NCBI RefSeq assembly: GCF_037042905.1
Contig: NC_087250.1
Span: 17,486,001-17,546,000 of the forward strand
Length of the DNA stretch: 60,000 bases
Direction of reading: 5' to 3'
Source: Lytechinus pictus
Lineage: Eukaryota
How positions within the stretch are numbered: position 1 is the first letter of the stretch; each line of letters starts with the position of its first letter. Under the pieces are notes generated by a model that worked only from the letters and a program-made list of their open reading frames with translations, had not been told where the DNA came from and made no database searches. Positions 1 to 12,045 of this stretch are shown piece by piece. Made by a program: the position numbers and the translations under genes.

Positions 1-537
1 AAAGTGTTCGGGCCGAAACAAAAATTACTTTAATGTTTGGGGCTCTACAACTTGTTTAGGGGCCAAAATTTTGAAGCCCGCGAAAACTTGTTTAGGGGGT
101 TATCTTGCACACAGAGAAAAAAGTGTTTGGAAATAATTTGGTCACGCATGTGTACAGCAATACATTTGATAGTTGGAGGTGGCGTAATGAGCCAAAAATG
201 TTGAGGGGCCAGATATGGCGTATCGGGTAAAATTTACGAGCGAGCAAAATTTTTTTTTTTTCAAAATCCAATTTTGAGATACTTCAGTAAATAATATCAT
301 ATTTTCCCTCCTCTCTTTCCTTTCCTTTCCTTTTCTTTTCTTCTTTTATTTTTCTTGGTCATCGAAAATTTGGGGAGATCAGTGAGCCCAAGCCCACCCC
401 TCCCCTCATTTGTAGTACATGTAATGTATTCATTTCCCTATTATGGCTATGGAGGGATATATCTCTTCACACAATACCGTAGTATTACAAAAACCACCTG
501 CCGATCATGATAAATGACAAGGTGCCGCTAATTGATC

Positions 538-562
538 TACGCATGCGCACTTCCTTAGCAAC
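538..562 (+). promoter_or_regulatory. Candidate promoter: NRF1-like site next to an RFX X-box
   Basis: TACGCATGCGCA (NRF1-like) followed by CTTCCTTAGCAAC (reverse complement GTTGCTAAGGAAG, RFX-like), upstream of a candidate first exon. Confidence 0.5.
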
Positions 563-995
563 CTCCAACGGTATCTCGTTGTTATTATGAATGGCGTTTT
601 TTCACACGTGAAATCCCGTGGTCATCAGCATACACATAAAACCATCGCTTACGATTATAAAAATCAACTTTGTGGCCAGTTTATTGGATTTTGGATAGGA
701 TATATTACAGCTATATACTCTGAGGATACGTAGGACAATTTTTGGTGAGTTTCAAATTGCATTTTGTGGCACAAAATGAATTGTTGATGTGTTTTTGCTT
801 CTTTTTCCGGTGGCGGTGGGTTTGTGCGGAGATATAATTATAACTCCGTGGAATGCACTGTGTGTATTTGTAACGCCCAGCTGAGCTGAGCTGTGCTCTG
901 TGAATTGAGGTGGGGTGATCGGTCATGCATGCATTTCGAGACGGGAGAGTTCTGGCTCCAATTCTTGTGGGCTACCGCTAAACTCCTCAGCAGGG

Positions 996-1003
996 ATGTA
1001 CAA
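996..1003 (+). CDS. Candidate first coding micro-segment (ATG TAC AA, phase 2) of the LOXHD1-like gene
   Basis: gggATGTACAA|gtaggt donor. Phase 2 joins the exon at 9206 in frame, giving MYKAGEGRDQANMHNSE. Confidence 0.35.
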
Positions 1004-1258
1004 GTAGGTATTGTTAAAATTGTTTAAAGACGAAGTTGTTAAAATTGAACTTTATATAAAGCCAGACACATACCGTAGATCTTTTCAGATAATTTATGCC
1101 CAACTGTTATGATGACTGTGATGGGGTAACCATAATTTGCACACATTTAATGTGAAATTATCATGAAGTTGATTTTCAATAAAAATATTCTCACACAAGC
1201 AGGCACACAAGTCACAGACACATTCACACAACATGCACAAAATTAATAAAATCATAAA

Positions 1259-2506
1259 TATGGCAGTGAGTCCAAACTTCGCGCGTGTCCATACTTCGCG
1301 GACGGTCATTATCTAAAAAACTAGCCAATATCCTTAAAATCTGACATCATCAACGTGAAAAGCGACCTAAAATTACCCTTTGGTGTAAGTTTCTTTAGGA
1401 TGAGTTCAGTATTCATGAAAATATTGGCAAAAGATCGGCAAATTTGTCACCGTTAGCGCCCGTTTTGAAGAAATCTGATATTCTCAACAAGCATTACGAT
1501 ATCACCATTTTGCAAGCAGAAATCATCAAAAATGTGAGTTAAATGTGGTACTAACCGATTCTATAGCATTTTGCCATCAATCTGATATAAATATTTCACT
1601 TTTTGAGCTTGGGCTTTTGTTTAAATGTCCACAAAAATTTTGGTCCGCGAAGTTAGGTCACACTTTTTCTGAACGCTTTTCCAGCACAGCGCGCATTCGC
1701 CGATAGAATAGAATTTTGAGATCGCGATACCGGCGAATCCCCTTGACCTACTTTACATTTTCGTCCATGATTTTATAGTTTACGATCTTGCCGTCAATGT
1801 GGTAACTATATTTTGACTTGGTTTTGTATATATTGTGAATATTTTTTGAAAAAATTTAAGCCTGATGAATATTTTTGAAAAGTGCGCGAAGTTTGGACAC
1901 CCCATCATACCAAACAGAAGGCAAGATCCCAAAGTCGAATTAGCTTGATCAAGTTGATGGAATTATAAAGTAGGCAAAGGCAAGAGTTTCGCCGGTATCG
2001 CGATCTCAAAATTCCATGACGATCGACTAGTGCGCGCTCGGCTGAAAAAGTGTCATAAAAAATTGTGACCTTAATTTTAATTGCGCACGATCGTTTTGCA
2101 AAGCTTCAAATTTAAATCAAGAAGACAAAGGTACAGTGTAATATTGTAGCAGATGGAGGTTAAAATGCCATAAATTTGGTAAGTAAATCATTTTACTTAC
2201 ATGTACTTGTTTGGAGCCCTTTGCTTCCATACTGGCGATTTCTTAAAGCTTGTCATCTATGTCGAGAAGTTTGGATTTTCTCGAAGCGGACGCAAAGGTA
2301 ACAAAATTTGCCAATATTTTCACAAATTGAGACCTTACCTTCAAGAAAATTACCATACATGTAGGCCTAGGCTACTAAGTAATTTTGGGTTGCTTTTTCT
2401 GTTGGTGATATACATGTAAGTTTTTCAATATTTTGATCGATATTGGGATGAACTGTGCGCAAAATTACATGTAGGTAAAGCGCAAATTTAGGTCACACCA
2501 CCATAT
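1259..2506. mobile_element. Foldback-like non-autonomous DNA transposon (approximate ends)
   Basis: Imperfect terminal and internal inverted repeats, e.g. GAATTTTGAGATCGCGATACCGGCGAA (~1711) vs TTCGCCGGTATCGCGATCTCAAAATTC (~1988). Confidence 0.55.
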
Positions 2507-3406
2507 CTCTAACGCTTCTCTAACCCAGGGAGCTCCGGCCCGCAAAGAAGGAAAAAAAACATTTGAAGCAATTTTTTTATTTAGAAGAGACAACAAAAGA
2601 AGAAGTTAAAAATAGACAATTTAAGTTGAAGAAATGAAGCTCAAAGAAATACAGAACAATCGATAGAAGAAAAGATGAAAATCAAAGAATATAAAATGAA
2701 AAGGAATTGAATTGAAGTTAATAAAAGAGGATAAATTAAGGAAAAACAATTCAAATTAAAACAAATAGATCTAACATTGAATACCTGTACCAGGCCTCCT
2801 CTATCAAGAAAGCCATTAAACTTTAAAGATATACCAGTTGTGGTATTTAATGTTAGATCTATTTGTTTTAATTTGAATTGTTTTTCCTTGATTCATCCTC
2901 TTTTGGTGGTAATACCGGAATGAGTTCAAACAGAATTAGATTCCGGAATTACCACCAAAAGTATTTGTAATGTAGACCTATGAATAAATAAAAAATATGT
3001 GCCAATTAGCTCTGGAAGAAAGTACAGACCTACTTGCTGAGAAATTTGCAAAATAAGCATGGAATTCCATCAAATGTCTGGTATTTTTCGAAGCAATATT
3101 ACATATATGTATAAATACAGTGTCCCACTGCCGCATGCTTTTCTGTGTTAGTCATTGATCATCAGAACTATCGAGTTTGAGCTAAGATTTTATGATTTTA
3201 CTATTTTTACAAAGATTACTGCCAGATCGAGATAATATTTTGACAATTAACCTTGATGTATTCAAAGACTTGCTCATGAAATAATTGGTTGCTGCAATGA
3301 CTGTCTTTTACCTTATAATCCCATCGGTTTTGCTGAGAGCACAGCAGATTGCTTGGACCATGTATTAAAGCTGATCATGAATTCTGAAGTGTTTAATTAT
3401 TGTTAA

Positions 3407-3995
3407 TGGAGAATGAAACCCTTGAAACCAGCTGAATCCATATCAAAGAGAAAAATCAAAGAAACATATTGTTAAAAGTTTGAGGAAGATTAAATGAATA
3501 ATAAGAAAGTTATGAGCATTTGAATATTGAGATCACTAATGCCATGTAGATCCTCCCATTGGCAATGTGAACAAGATCTGTGATGTCACACACGTACATG
3601 TACAACTCCCTCATTACTTTAGTACTTATTTCACTTATATTCTCACTTTTATAGAGTCTATCACAAGGTGAGGTGTTCTCTTTATGAGAGGACAGGTACA
3701 GAGGTTTCACAACATTATATCATTGATGAATCGTTTGTCATATGATTAGAATGAGCAAAAAGAGATGTTTTGGGGTATATTTCAGTGTCCAAAAGGGGAG
3801 AGTTGTTCATCTGTGACATCATAGATCTTGGTCGCATTGCCAATGGGAGGATCTCCATAGCATTAGTGATCTCGACATTCAAATGCTCATAACTTTTCTA
3901 TTGCTAGTCCTATTTTACTCAAACTTTTGTTGATCTTATTCTTTGATTTTTCTGCTTTTACAAAAGCTAACTTGCTCCAAGAGTTTCATTCTCCT
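3407..3995. mobile_element. MITE with TTAA target duplication (Kolobok-like)
   Basis: TTAA|TGGAGAATGAAACC ... GTTTCATTCTCCT|TTAA, with long subterminal inverted repeats. A right-end remnant also occurs at ~46730-46913. Confidence 0.7.
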
Positions 3996-5661
3996 TTAAT
4001 AGTGGCCCAAAGATGAAGTTGTGTGTGACTGTGTGTGCAGCGCTTTGAATTAAACCGAAAGGAAAAAGCGCTACACCTGTATCAAATGACTATTGGATTT
4101 GAATGGATTATAACAAATGATATAAAAGAAGAATAAATAAAGAAAAGAAAACATAGGAATCCATATCGAGGATGAAAGAAAGACAAAAATAAGAATTAGT
4201 GGAAGCTCTGTTTGTTATCATTTCTTTACTGGATTGTTGTCAAGATTCGTACTGTATTCAGTATTCTGTCCTTTTCATTTAGTTTGTTGCTTTTAAATGC
4301 CAGACTCAATATCAGGCTTTGACTTCTCCTTTAAGTTCCATCTCTCGATTCCTTTCCTCCCTGGGCATACTAATTTGGGGAAATGGTGAGATAAATTGTT
4401 TTGGGGATCAGGTTTCTCTTCCTCTTCAGGGAATGATTTCTTTTCCATGACTGCTGTGGCAAATCGATTGGGAAATGAGGGCTACGTGTACAAAAACAGG
4501 TTTTCTTATCACAATGATCATCACTCTAGGAGAATCAATCTGTGAAACCATTTTATTTTTATTCATATGATGGGACTAAAGTTTTATTCCTCCTTGAATA
4601 TGTGGAACTGCCATTGAGGATTCAATTAAAGAGCCTCGTTACTGTCAAATTGCACCAAAAAATAAATAATCCATGCAATAAAACTGAAATATTGCGGGTG
4701 ACTGTGACACCATAGACTTTATTCCTTTGCACTGTTTTTCGAAGTGAAACCTGAAAATGTCCATTTATAAATATGATTTTGATGAATTTTACTTCATCAG
4801 GATTGTTTTATTTTCCCCTTTAGTTCAAATTCACTTTCTGTTGGTTGACATTCCCATTTCAGTCATCTCATTAATTATGCAATCCTGAAATTTCTCTTAT
4901 CGCTCTTCCTCTAGTCTCATTAAAATATTCTAATTGTTCCTTTTCTTTTTATTGTTTTCATTTTATCATCTCTTGTTGAAACTATTTATACAAAATTGTA
5001 TTTGTTTTTCCGCTTTAAGTTTAATTCAAATTAACTTTCTGTTGGTTGACATCCCCATTTCAGTCATCTCTTTATATGCAATCCTGAAATTCTGCCCTTT
5101 GGCTCTTCATCTATATATTCTCATTCTTCCTTTTCATTTTGTTGTTTTCATAAACTGTTTTTAAAATGACAAAATTGTAGATGTGAATCTCATTTGTCTC
5201 CATTCTCTTCTTGGACTCCTTCTCTGTCCAGAATGCCGACTCCATTCTTTTTTTTTCTTGTTATCTTTCTCTTTTTTTCTTTTTTTTATAGTGTTATTTT
5301 TCCCTCCACAGGGATTTTATTAATCGTTCAACATAACCAAAGACCTGTTCAATGACAAGTCACATTTATTGCAATAAAATTTGATACAACAGTCAGCGCG
5401 CGACACTGTCCGACGTTCCAAGACCAGTAAATATTGCTGTTAGGCCAGTATTAAACTTTTCACAAAATAGCCAGATTTACGTGTCTGACGTGACCACTGA
5501 CCAGTAATAAATCAAACTGATACAAATGTGTGGAGTCTCGCAACAGTGATTTGACATTTTTTTTATTGAACTGTCAAGTTCATGTAATAATTGTAAAGAA
5601 AAAAAATAAGTTGCACAGGGTCCACAATTGACAGTTTGCTTGCAGGTGATAATGATAAAGG

Positions 5662-5931
5662 TTTATTTACCCAGGGAAGCCACTTCAGTTCTGAAAACTG
5701 TTCTCCATGCGGGCCCTGCTATTATTATTACCCCGGCTTTAGCTGGGCTGCCTAGGCGCTCAAAGCATTCAAGGAATAAATTCCTGCCAGGTACCCATTC
5801 ACCTTACCTGGGTTGAGTGCAGCACACTGGATCAATTTCTTGCTGAAGGAAATTACGCCATGGCTGGGATTCGAACCCACGACCCTCTGTTTCAAAGTCA
5901 GAAGACTAATCCACTGGGCCACAACGCTCCA
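5662..5931 (-). mobile_element. tRNA-derived SINE (family 1)
   Basis: A box TGGCCCAGTGG, B box GGTTCGAATCC, core CCCAGGT...GAATGGGTACC, LINE-like tail. Confidence 0.8.
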
Positions 5932-6482
5932 CTGTCATGTGATGATTATGTAAATGGTCATGTATGTACTGGAGTCAGGGCTATCTCCCCTTTTAAGCAC
6001 AAAACAAATTACTGTACACTGTACTCTTGTAACCAACATTGGATTTTGAATAAATCGGATGGATCTTTTCTTTTTCATACTTTATGTAGGCCCTACATGT
6101 AGATGTTGAAAGGGTACCAGTTTGGAGGATCATTTCTAATGCACATGTATTTGGAGTGAGCGTGTTCATCGGATCTACAGTGTAATTGCGGTGACCATTT
6201 TTCATAATCCTCAATATCTTGCGTCTCATTACGTGAACAACGAGTGTAGCGCACATCATTGATTAATTGCCAATGGCATTCTAAATTGCGTGTGTCCTCT
6301 GTAACCATGGTGATTGATTAGTAAATTGAAGCGCTGGTTTTGTCTGGGTCTGTTGTTATTGTAAATGTAAACTACATACTGTACATGTAGGTTGTTTAAT
6401 ACCCAGTCAGAGAAATAAGGATGTACATGTAGACATGCAGTACTGTGGTTAATGACATTTGTCTTTACTGTTATATTATTAA

Positions 6483-7073
6483 GGACAAGTCCACCCCAAC
6501 AAAAAGTTGATTTGAAAAATCCAACAAACTGAAAATTTCATCAAAATCGGATGTGAAATAAGAAAGTTACGAAATTTTAAAGTTTCACTTAATTTCACAA
6601 AACAGTTATATGCACATCCTGGTCAGTATGCAAATGAGGGAACTGATTACATCACTCACTATTTCTTTTGTATTTTATTATATGAAATATGAAATATTCA
6701 AATTTTCTCATTGTCCTGTGAAACAAAGTCTTATTTCTCCCTGAACTTGTGGAATTACATGTTGTTTAACATTTTATGGTTCAGTCAAGTTGGTCATTAC
6801 TGTCAATTCTGTAAAAAATAGAACTACAGTATTGTATATAAATTCAAACAATAAAAAACAAAAGAAATAGTGGGTGAGGGACATCACCGATTCTCTCATT
6901 TGCATGTGACTAAATTGTGCGTATACATAACTATTTTGTGAAAAATATGCGAAACTTTAGAATGTCATAACTTTCTTATTTTAGATCCGATTTTGATGAA
7001 ATTTTCAGCAATATGCTTGTCTGATTTTTCTCTACTGATCCAAATCAACATTTTTCTGAGGTGGACTTGACCT
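6483..7073. mobile_element. MITE with TTAA target duplication (Kolobok-like)
   Basis: TTAA|GGACAAGTCCACC ... GGTGGACTTGACCT|TTAA. Related copies at ~34470-34690 and 59881-60000. Confidence 0.75.
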
Positions 7074-7579
7074 TTAAGAATATCTTTTAGTCATTGATCA
7101 ACTTCGTTTTCTCCAGTTTGTCTACACATGTATGTCACAGAAACAAAGGCTGATATTGGAATGATGTTGTACATACATGTATGACAACAATTGCAATAAT
7201 GATGATGGAGATGATGATATACTGTACATGATGAAGTGGTAGTGGTGGTGATGATGATGATGGTGATTTTTTTTTCAAGTCTTTTTATTTCCCTCGGATA
7301 GGGAATATATTTGCATAAACATTTTAACAGTGATATAATTGAAATAAATACCAAGCATATCTAACACACATAGTATAATTTTGAACAAAGTATAGGCCAA
7401 CGGGGCGTTTCAAACAAAAGGCAACCGATCCCTATAGAGTGGCCATGCCCTACGCCCATCCGTTCCGCCGCCGACACATGCAGCAGCAAAAACAAATGAG
7501 CACCGAACAAGGCCCCTCCAACAATAATTGATCACCTCTCACCCGAAACACACTGCATATTCATCATGAAAATATGTTT

Positions 7580-8105
7580 ACATAACTATGGACGGCCAGC
7601 AATGTCAACATAATATGCAAGTTTGTTCAAAATATTTTCTAGCTGTGATGTATATTCATGCATTCATTGTTTTCTTAAAAATTCACTGTGCTTCTCTTTG
7701 CATACAAAGGATATTGTGCAAATTTTCGTAGAAAACAATTATGACACTGATGGATTTCCATAGAATTACGATTGATCGTATCAATTGTAACTCTTTGTAT
7801 AACGGGGGCCCTGGGGCCCGTCTTACAAAGAGTTGCGATTGATCCGATCAATCACAACTATGGAAAGCCAGCAAAGTCATAATATATAAAATGCATGTTT
7901 GTTTTAAAAAAATTCTAGATATGAATGTATACATGTATATCCATAAATTCATTGATTTCTTGACAATTTGGTGTGTTCTCCTTTGTTTACAAAGGACATT
8001 TTGCAAATATCCTGTAGAAAAAATTATGACAATGATGGATTTCCATAGAGTTATGATTGATTGGATCAATCGCAACTCTTTGTATAATTATTAGATGGGA
8101 CCCAG
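7580..8105. mobile_element. Two adjacent copies of a GGGCCC-ended MITE
   Basis: GGGCCCGTCTTACAAAGAGTTGCGATTGATCC ... GGATCAATCGCAACTCTTTGT; same family at ~24921-25250. Confidence 0.6.
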
Positions 8106-8326
8106 ATTGTCCATCTTGATTGTATGATACAGTATGTACAATGTACATGTAGTTGCACAATAGTACAGTATAGCTCTTGTATTACATGTCATTGTCAGTA
8201 TCATTATTAGATTAAAAAAGCATTGATGGTTTATGAAGGAGGTGTAAAGATATCAAGATACTTATCCCATCACTTACGTACATATCTCATTCATCCTGAG
8301 CCCGATTTGGGCATCTGCCGTCTCTT

Positions 8327-8340
8327 ATCGCCATGGCAAC
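8327..8340 (+). promoter_or_regulatory. RFX X-box
   Basis: ATCGCCATGGCAAC matches the palindromic consensus GTTGCCATGGCAAC at 12/14 positions. Confidence 0.5.
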
Positions 8341-8479
8341 AGAGCATGGGCTAGGGATGACTCGGAATTGAAGTGATGATGTTTTGATGGTTGTCAGTGA
8401 GGCCTGTAGGATTCATGGCACTGTTGTGTTTGGACAGGCGTCTGCTGGGGATGTGGCTTGGTTGAGGTTAATTGAATGG

Positions 8480-9050
8480 AGGATTAGAGAAGAAGTGGAG
8501 GAGAGAATGTGAAGAAGAGAGAATGGGGGAGGAGGGGTGATGCAGATTGAAAGAGGGGAGGAGAAGAAGAAGGAGGAAGAGAAGAGGAAGAAAAAGGGGA
8601 AGAGAAGGAGGAGGAGAAGACAGAAAAGAAGGAGGAAGAGAATGCGAAGAAGAAGAAGGAGGAAGAAGAAGATGAAAAGAAGGAGGAGGAACAAAATACA
8701 AAAAAAAGAGGAAAAGAAGGAGAAAGAGGAGGAGTAGAAAAGGAGAATGAGGAGAAGAGGAAGACAAATGAGAAGGAAAAGGAGGGGGAGAAGAGGAAGA
8801 AGAAGAAGGAGGAAGACAAAAATGAAAGAGGGAAGAGGAGAAGACAAAAAAGGAGAAGGAGAAATAGAAGGAAAAGGAGAAGAAGACAAAAAAGAAGGAG
8901 GGGGAGAAGAAGGAGAAGGAGGAGGAGAAGAATAAAAATGCTGAAGGAGAAAGAGAAGGAGGGCAGGAGGAAAAGGAGAATGAATGCAGAATGAATGAGG
9001 AGTAGGGGAGATGGAAGAGGAAGGAGAAAAAGAAGGCAGCGGCAGAGGAA
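8480..9050 (+). repeat. GA-rich polypurine low-complexity tract
   Basis: Degenerate (GAA/GAG/AGG)n. Confidence 0.9.
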
Positions 9051-9205
9051 AAATCTGATACAGTGTACCGGTATTGTATTAAATGTACCGGTAATGTAAT
9101 GTAATTTTGTGACTTTTCATCACAATGCCCAGTTTCTCTCTTTAAACATGTACAGTACTTCATCATTTTAATTTTACCATTCTACCAATTTTTCTTTGGT
9201 TATAG

Positions 9206-9351
9206 GGCTGGAGAGGGGCGGGACCAGGCCAACATGCATAACTCAGAGGCCGTCCGGTCCAGTATGGTCCACAACCCTACTTGGGCTAGGCCTGTTCCAA
9301 CGAGAGAACCACATCCCCCTTTTGCTGTGGATAGACCAAGACCACATTCAG
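9206..9351 (+). CDS. LOXHD1: LOXHD1-like exon 1 (N-terminal, ATG at 9234)
   Basis: tatag|GG...TCAG|gtaatt; MHNSEAVRSSMVHNPTWARPVP...; ends in phase 1. Confidence 0.7.
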
Positions 9352-9369
9352 GTAATTACAGTGAAGATC

Positions 9370-9830
9370 ATGGTAGCAATGATGGAAATGCTTCTGATGA
9401 TGTGGAGGGGAATGATGATTACGATGATGATGATGATGATGATGCTGATGCTGATGATGATGCTGATTATGATGATGATGATGTTGATGATGCTGATGAT
9501 GGTGATTATGATGATGATGATGATGATGGTGATGATGGTGATTATGATGATGATGATCAATGATAATGATGAGGAGGAGGATTGTGGAATTAATGATGAT
9601 AAGGGTGATGATGAAGATGATGATGAAGGAGATGGTTACATGTACATGTATAAGGGTGTTGAAGGTGATGAAAGTCTAAATAAGGTTGTGGAGGGGATGC
9701 TGGTGAGGAAGAGGATGTTGAGGCTGGCATTGATTATGACGAGGAGGATGAGGATGATGCATAGTCTACATGTAGATAATCAAAAATGAAGATGTTGATG
9801 ATGACCATGATAATGTTGTTGATGTTGATC
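9370..9830 (+). repeat. (GAT)n microsatellite
   Basis: Directly visible. Confidence 0.9.
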
Positions 9831-9876
9831 TTTTTCTGGAAAAAATAACAAGTTGTTTCATGAGGCATACACTACA

Positions 9877-10286
9877 ATGGGTAAATTGCCTATTCATCCA
9901 CTGCCAACTCGTCCACTCGCCTCATGATCTACCTTCATGTAGTCTAAAGCCATTTTGTCCATCAACATTTCGTCTAACAACTATTTGGTCCAATCATCAC
10001 TTTGTCTAATCACCAGTTCGTCTATTACCATTTCGTCTAATAAGTACTTGGACTATATAATACCCATTTTCTTTTCACTCATTTTGCACAATTAACACTT
10101 TAGTTTAATTAGACCAAATGGTATATGGACTAAATGGCTATTGGACCAACTGGTTATTAGATGGAACATTGGCATAAGACTAAATGAAAGAAGACCATGT
10201 GGTGAGTGGATGAACTGATGATAGACCAAATAGTGGACGAGTTTGCAATTGGACGAATTGGTATTAGACGAATTGGAAATAAACCA
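9877..10286. mobile_element. Palindromic element with ~20-bp internal repeats
   Basis: TTCGTCTAA-type units on the left arm mirrored by TTAGACGAA/TAGACCAA units on the right arm. Confidence 0.5.
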
Positions 10287-10383
10287 GTACAGTGTACAGT
10301 ACATGCCCATCTCCCCATACTGTACCCACTTTGAACAGTCTACATGCAACTCATGAACATTTTTCATGATGATTTTTTTACAG

Positions 10384-10530
10384 CTCCCATGAAGAGAGCT
10401 GCAGTAGCTGGCAAGCCTAATTGGCGGGATGCCCGATCCAATGATTTCACCAAGCAACAACGAAAGTTTAATCTCTCCTTACGACACACCAGCAACGATA
10501 GCCACATGAGTCGAATTGCTCCCTATGCAG
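10384..10530 (+). CDS. LOXHD1: LOXHD1-like exon 2
   Basis: tttacag|CT...GCAG|gtaagt; PMKRAAVAGKPNWRD...; phase 1-1. Confidence 0.75.
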
Positions 10531-10868
10531 GTAAGTAATGATTGTTTCATTTGGGAAATTCCATATTATAAAATGATCAACCTTTTTGTGCGTCCAACCC
10601 CCATTTTTCTCAAGTCTTACTTTACTTTATAAACTAACCAAGTCATGGTTCTTTGAGAACATTGCAGATTGTCAAAAGAACAAGAAATCAGAGATCAGAA
10701 AATTTCATGAAGTTCCTACACTGTACATATAGGGGGTCAGATGTATATATTTTATGGAATTGCCCATTTGCGTATTGTAGTGCGCCATCTTGTGGCCACA
10801 GGGAATAATTTTGCTTTTTAAAATTTGATATTGGTCGTAAGGGAAAAGAAGTTCTGCACAGAGACATA

Positions 10869-11298
10869 GGCCCGAATTCACAAAGGTGGTTTGGAAAACC
10901 CACGGTTGAGTCCATGGTTTATGCAGATTTCCTGTATAAATTATGCTTAATTTAGCGCGTATCGGGCGCGTGTATAAAAAATGTCCAATGCTGATATGCG
11001 CTTTTGTCACATTGCGCCATATTGACGCCTGTTGCCATGGTTAGATACGCTATTTTATTCATGAGTCCACTCATGAATATAAAGAAATATAAACAATGGA
11101 CTCATGAATAAAATAGCGTGGATAACCACGGCAACAGGCATCATTTTGGCGCAACGTGACAAAAGCGCGCATCAGCGCTGGACATTTTTTCATACACGCG
11201 CCCGATGCGCGCTAAATTAAGCGTAATTTATATAGGAAATCTGCATAAACCATGGACTCAACCGTGGGTTATCAAAACCACCTTTGTGAATTCGGGCC
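10869..11298. mobile_element. Palindromic MITE (PIF/Harbinger-like GGCCC ends)
   Basis: Near-perfect ~430-bp palindrome, ATA on both flanks; second copy at 35953-36365. Confidence 0.8.
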
Positions 11299-11869
11299 AT
11301 AAAGTCTTGAAAAAAATAGGGAGCAAATTGCAATGTGGTACCAGGAAAATTAATCCCTGACCCAAATCATAGCATACAGTTCATTTCTATTAATACAAAA
11401 AAAATATTCTGTTTCGCTTTTTAGTATACCGGTACTGTTCATCCTGACGTCAATCTACATATAGTTTTCATGATCATTTCTATTGATGTGTTGAAAGCCA
11501 ATTATGCATGCTGTCATGCTGTGGTTTTGTGGTATTACTTTACAGTGCCCCTTCTCGTAGCCAAAGTGCATATTAATAAATACTCTAGTTCAATCTACTT
11601 GCATCTCAATGAAATTCCTTTAATCTTTTATTGCCACAGATTCAATCTGGTTTTGACGAATACATGTACATGTAGAAGCTTTGAATATGATTATGCTGAC
11701 ATAGTTCGTAGAATTTCTGCAATTGTTTTTAGATTCAAGATTTTTATGCGGATATTGAGAAAGTTTTTTCATATAGAAATAACATCTACATTGTACATGT
11801 ATAATACCTGCCAACCAGGTTGCCATGATCGTCTGACTCTGATTACGTGTATTATGTTTTGCATCACAG

Positions 11870-12045
11870 CTCGACGATTGGATACACTGAGTGCCGATGC
11901 CAGGATGCGAGCTGCCATCTACCCCCGTGTAGAGAACGGCCGTAAAGTAGCGCTGCCCGAATACAACTCGTTTAGTGATCCCCACCTCACGGAGTACTAT
12001 GCAAGAAAGTTTGGTGTCCAGCTACCGAAACCTCCTTCAGGAATG
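11870..12045 (+). CDS. LOXHD1: LOXHD1-like exon 3
   Basis: cacag|CT...ATG|gtgtgt; RRLDTLS...LPEYNSFSDPHLTEYYARKFG; phase 1-0. Confidence 0.8.

Noticed and set aside
5312..5426. Possible extra coding exon after a strong pyrimidine tract
   Set aside because: It has a stop in the frame needed to connect 996-1003 to exon 1, and the donor is weak. It could only be non-coding.
5855..5931. Apparent tRNA genes (also ~41613, ~54120-54190, ~59258)
   Set aside because: They lack a proper acceptor stem and run into shared SINE bodies, so they are SINE heads.
8413..9789. Long low-complexity ORFs (poly-F/S/L, poly-R/K/E, poly-M, poly-D)
   Set aside because: Translations of GA-rich and (GAT)n tracts. Only 9206-9351 has exon signals.
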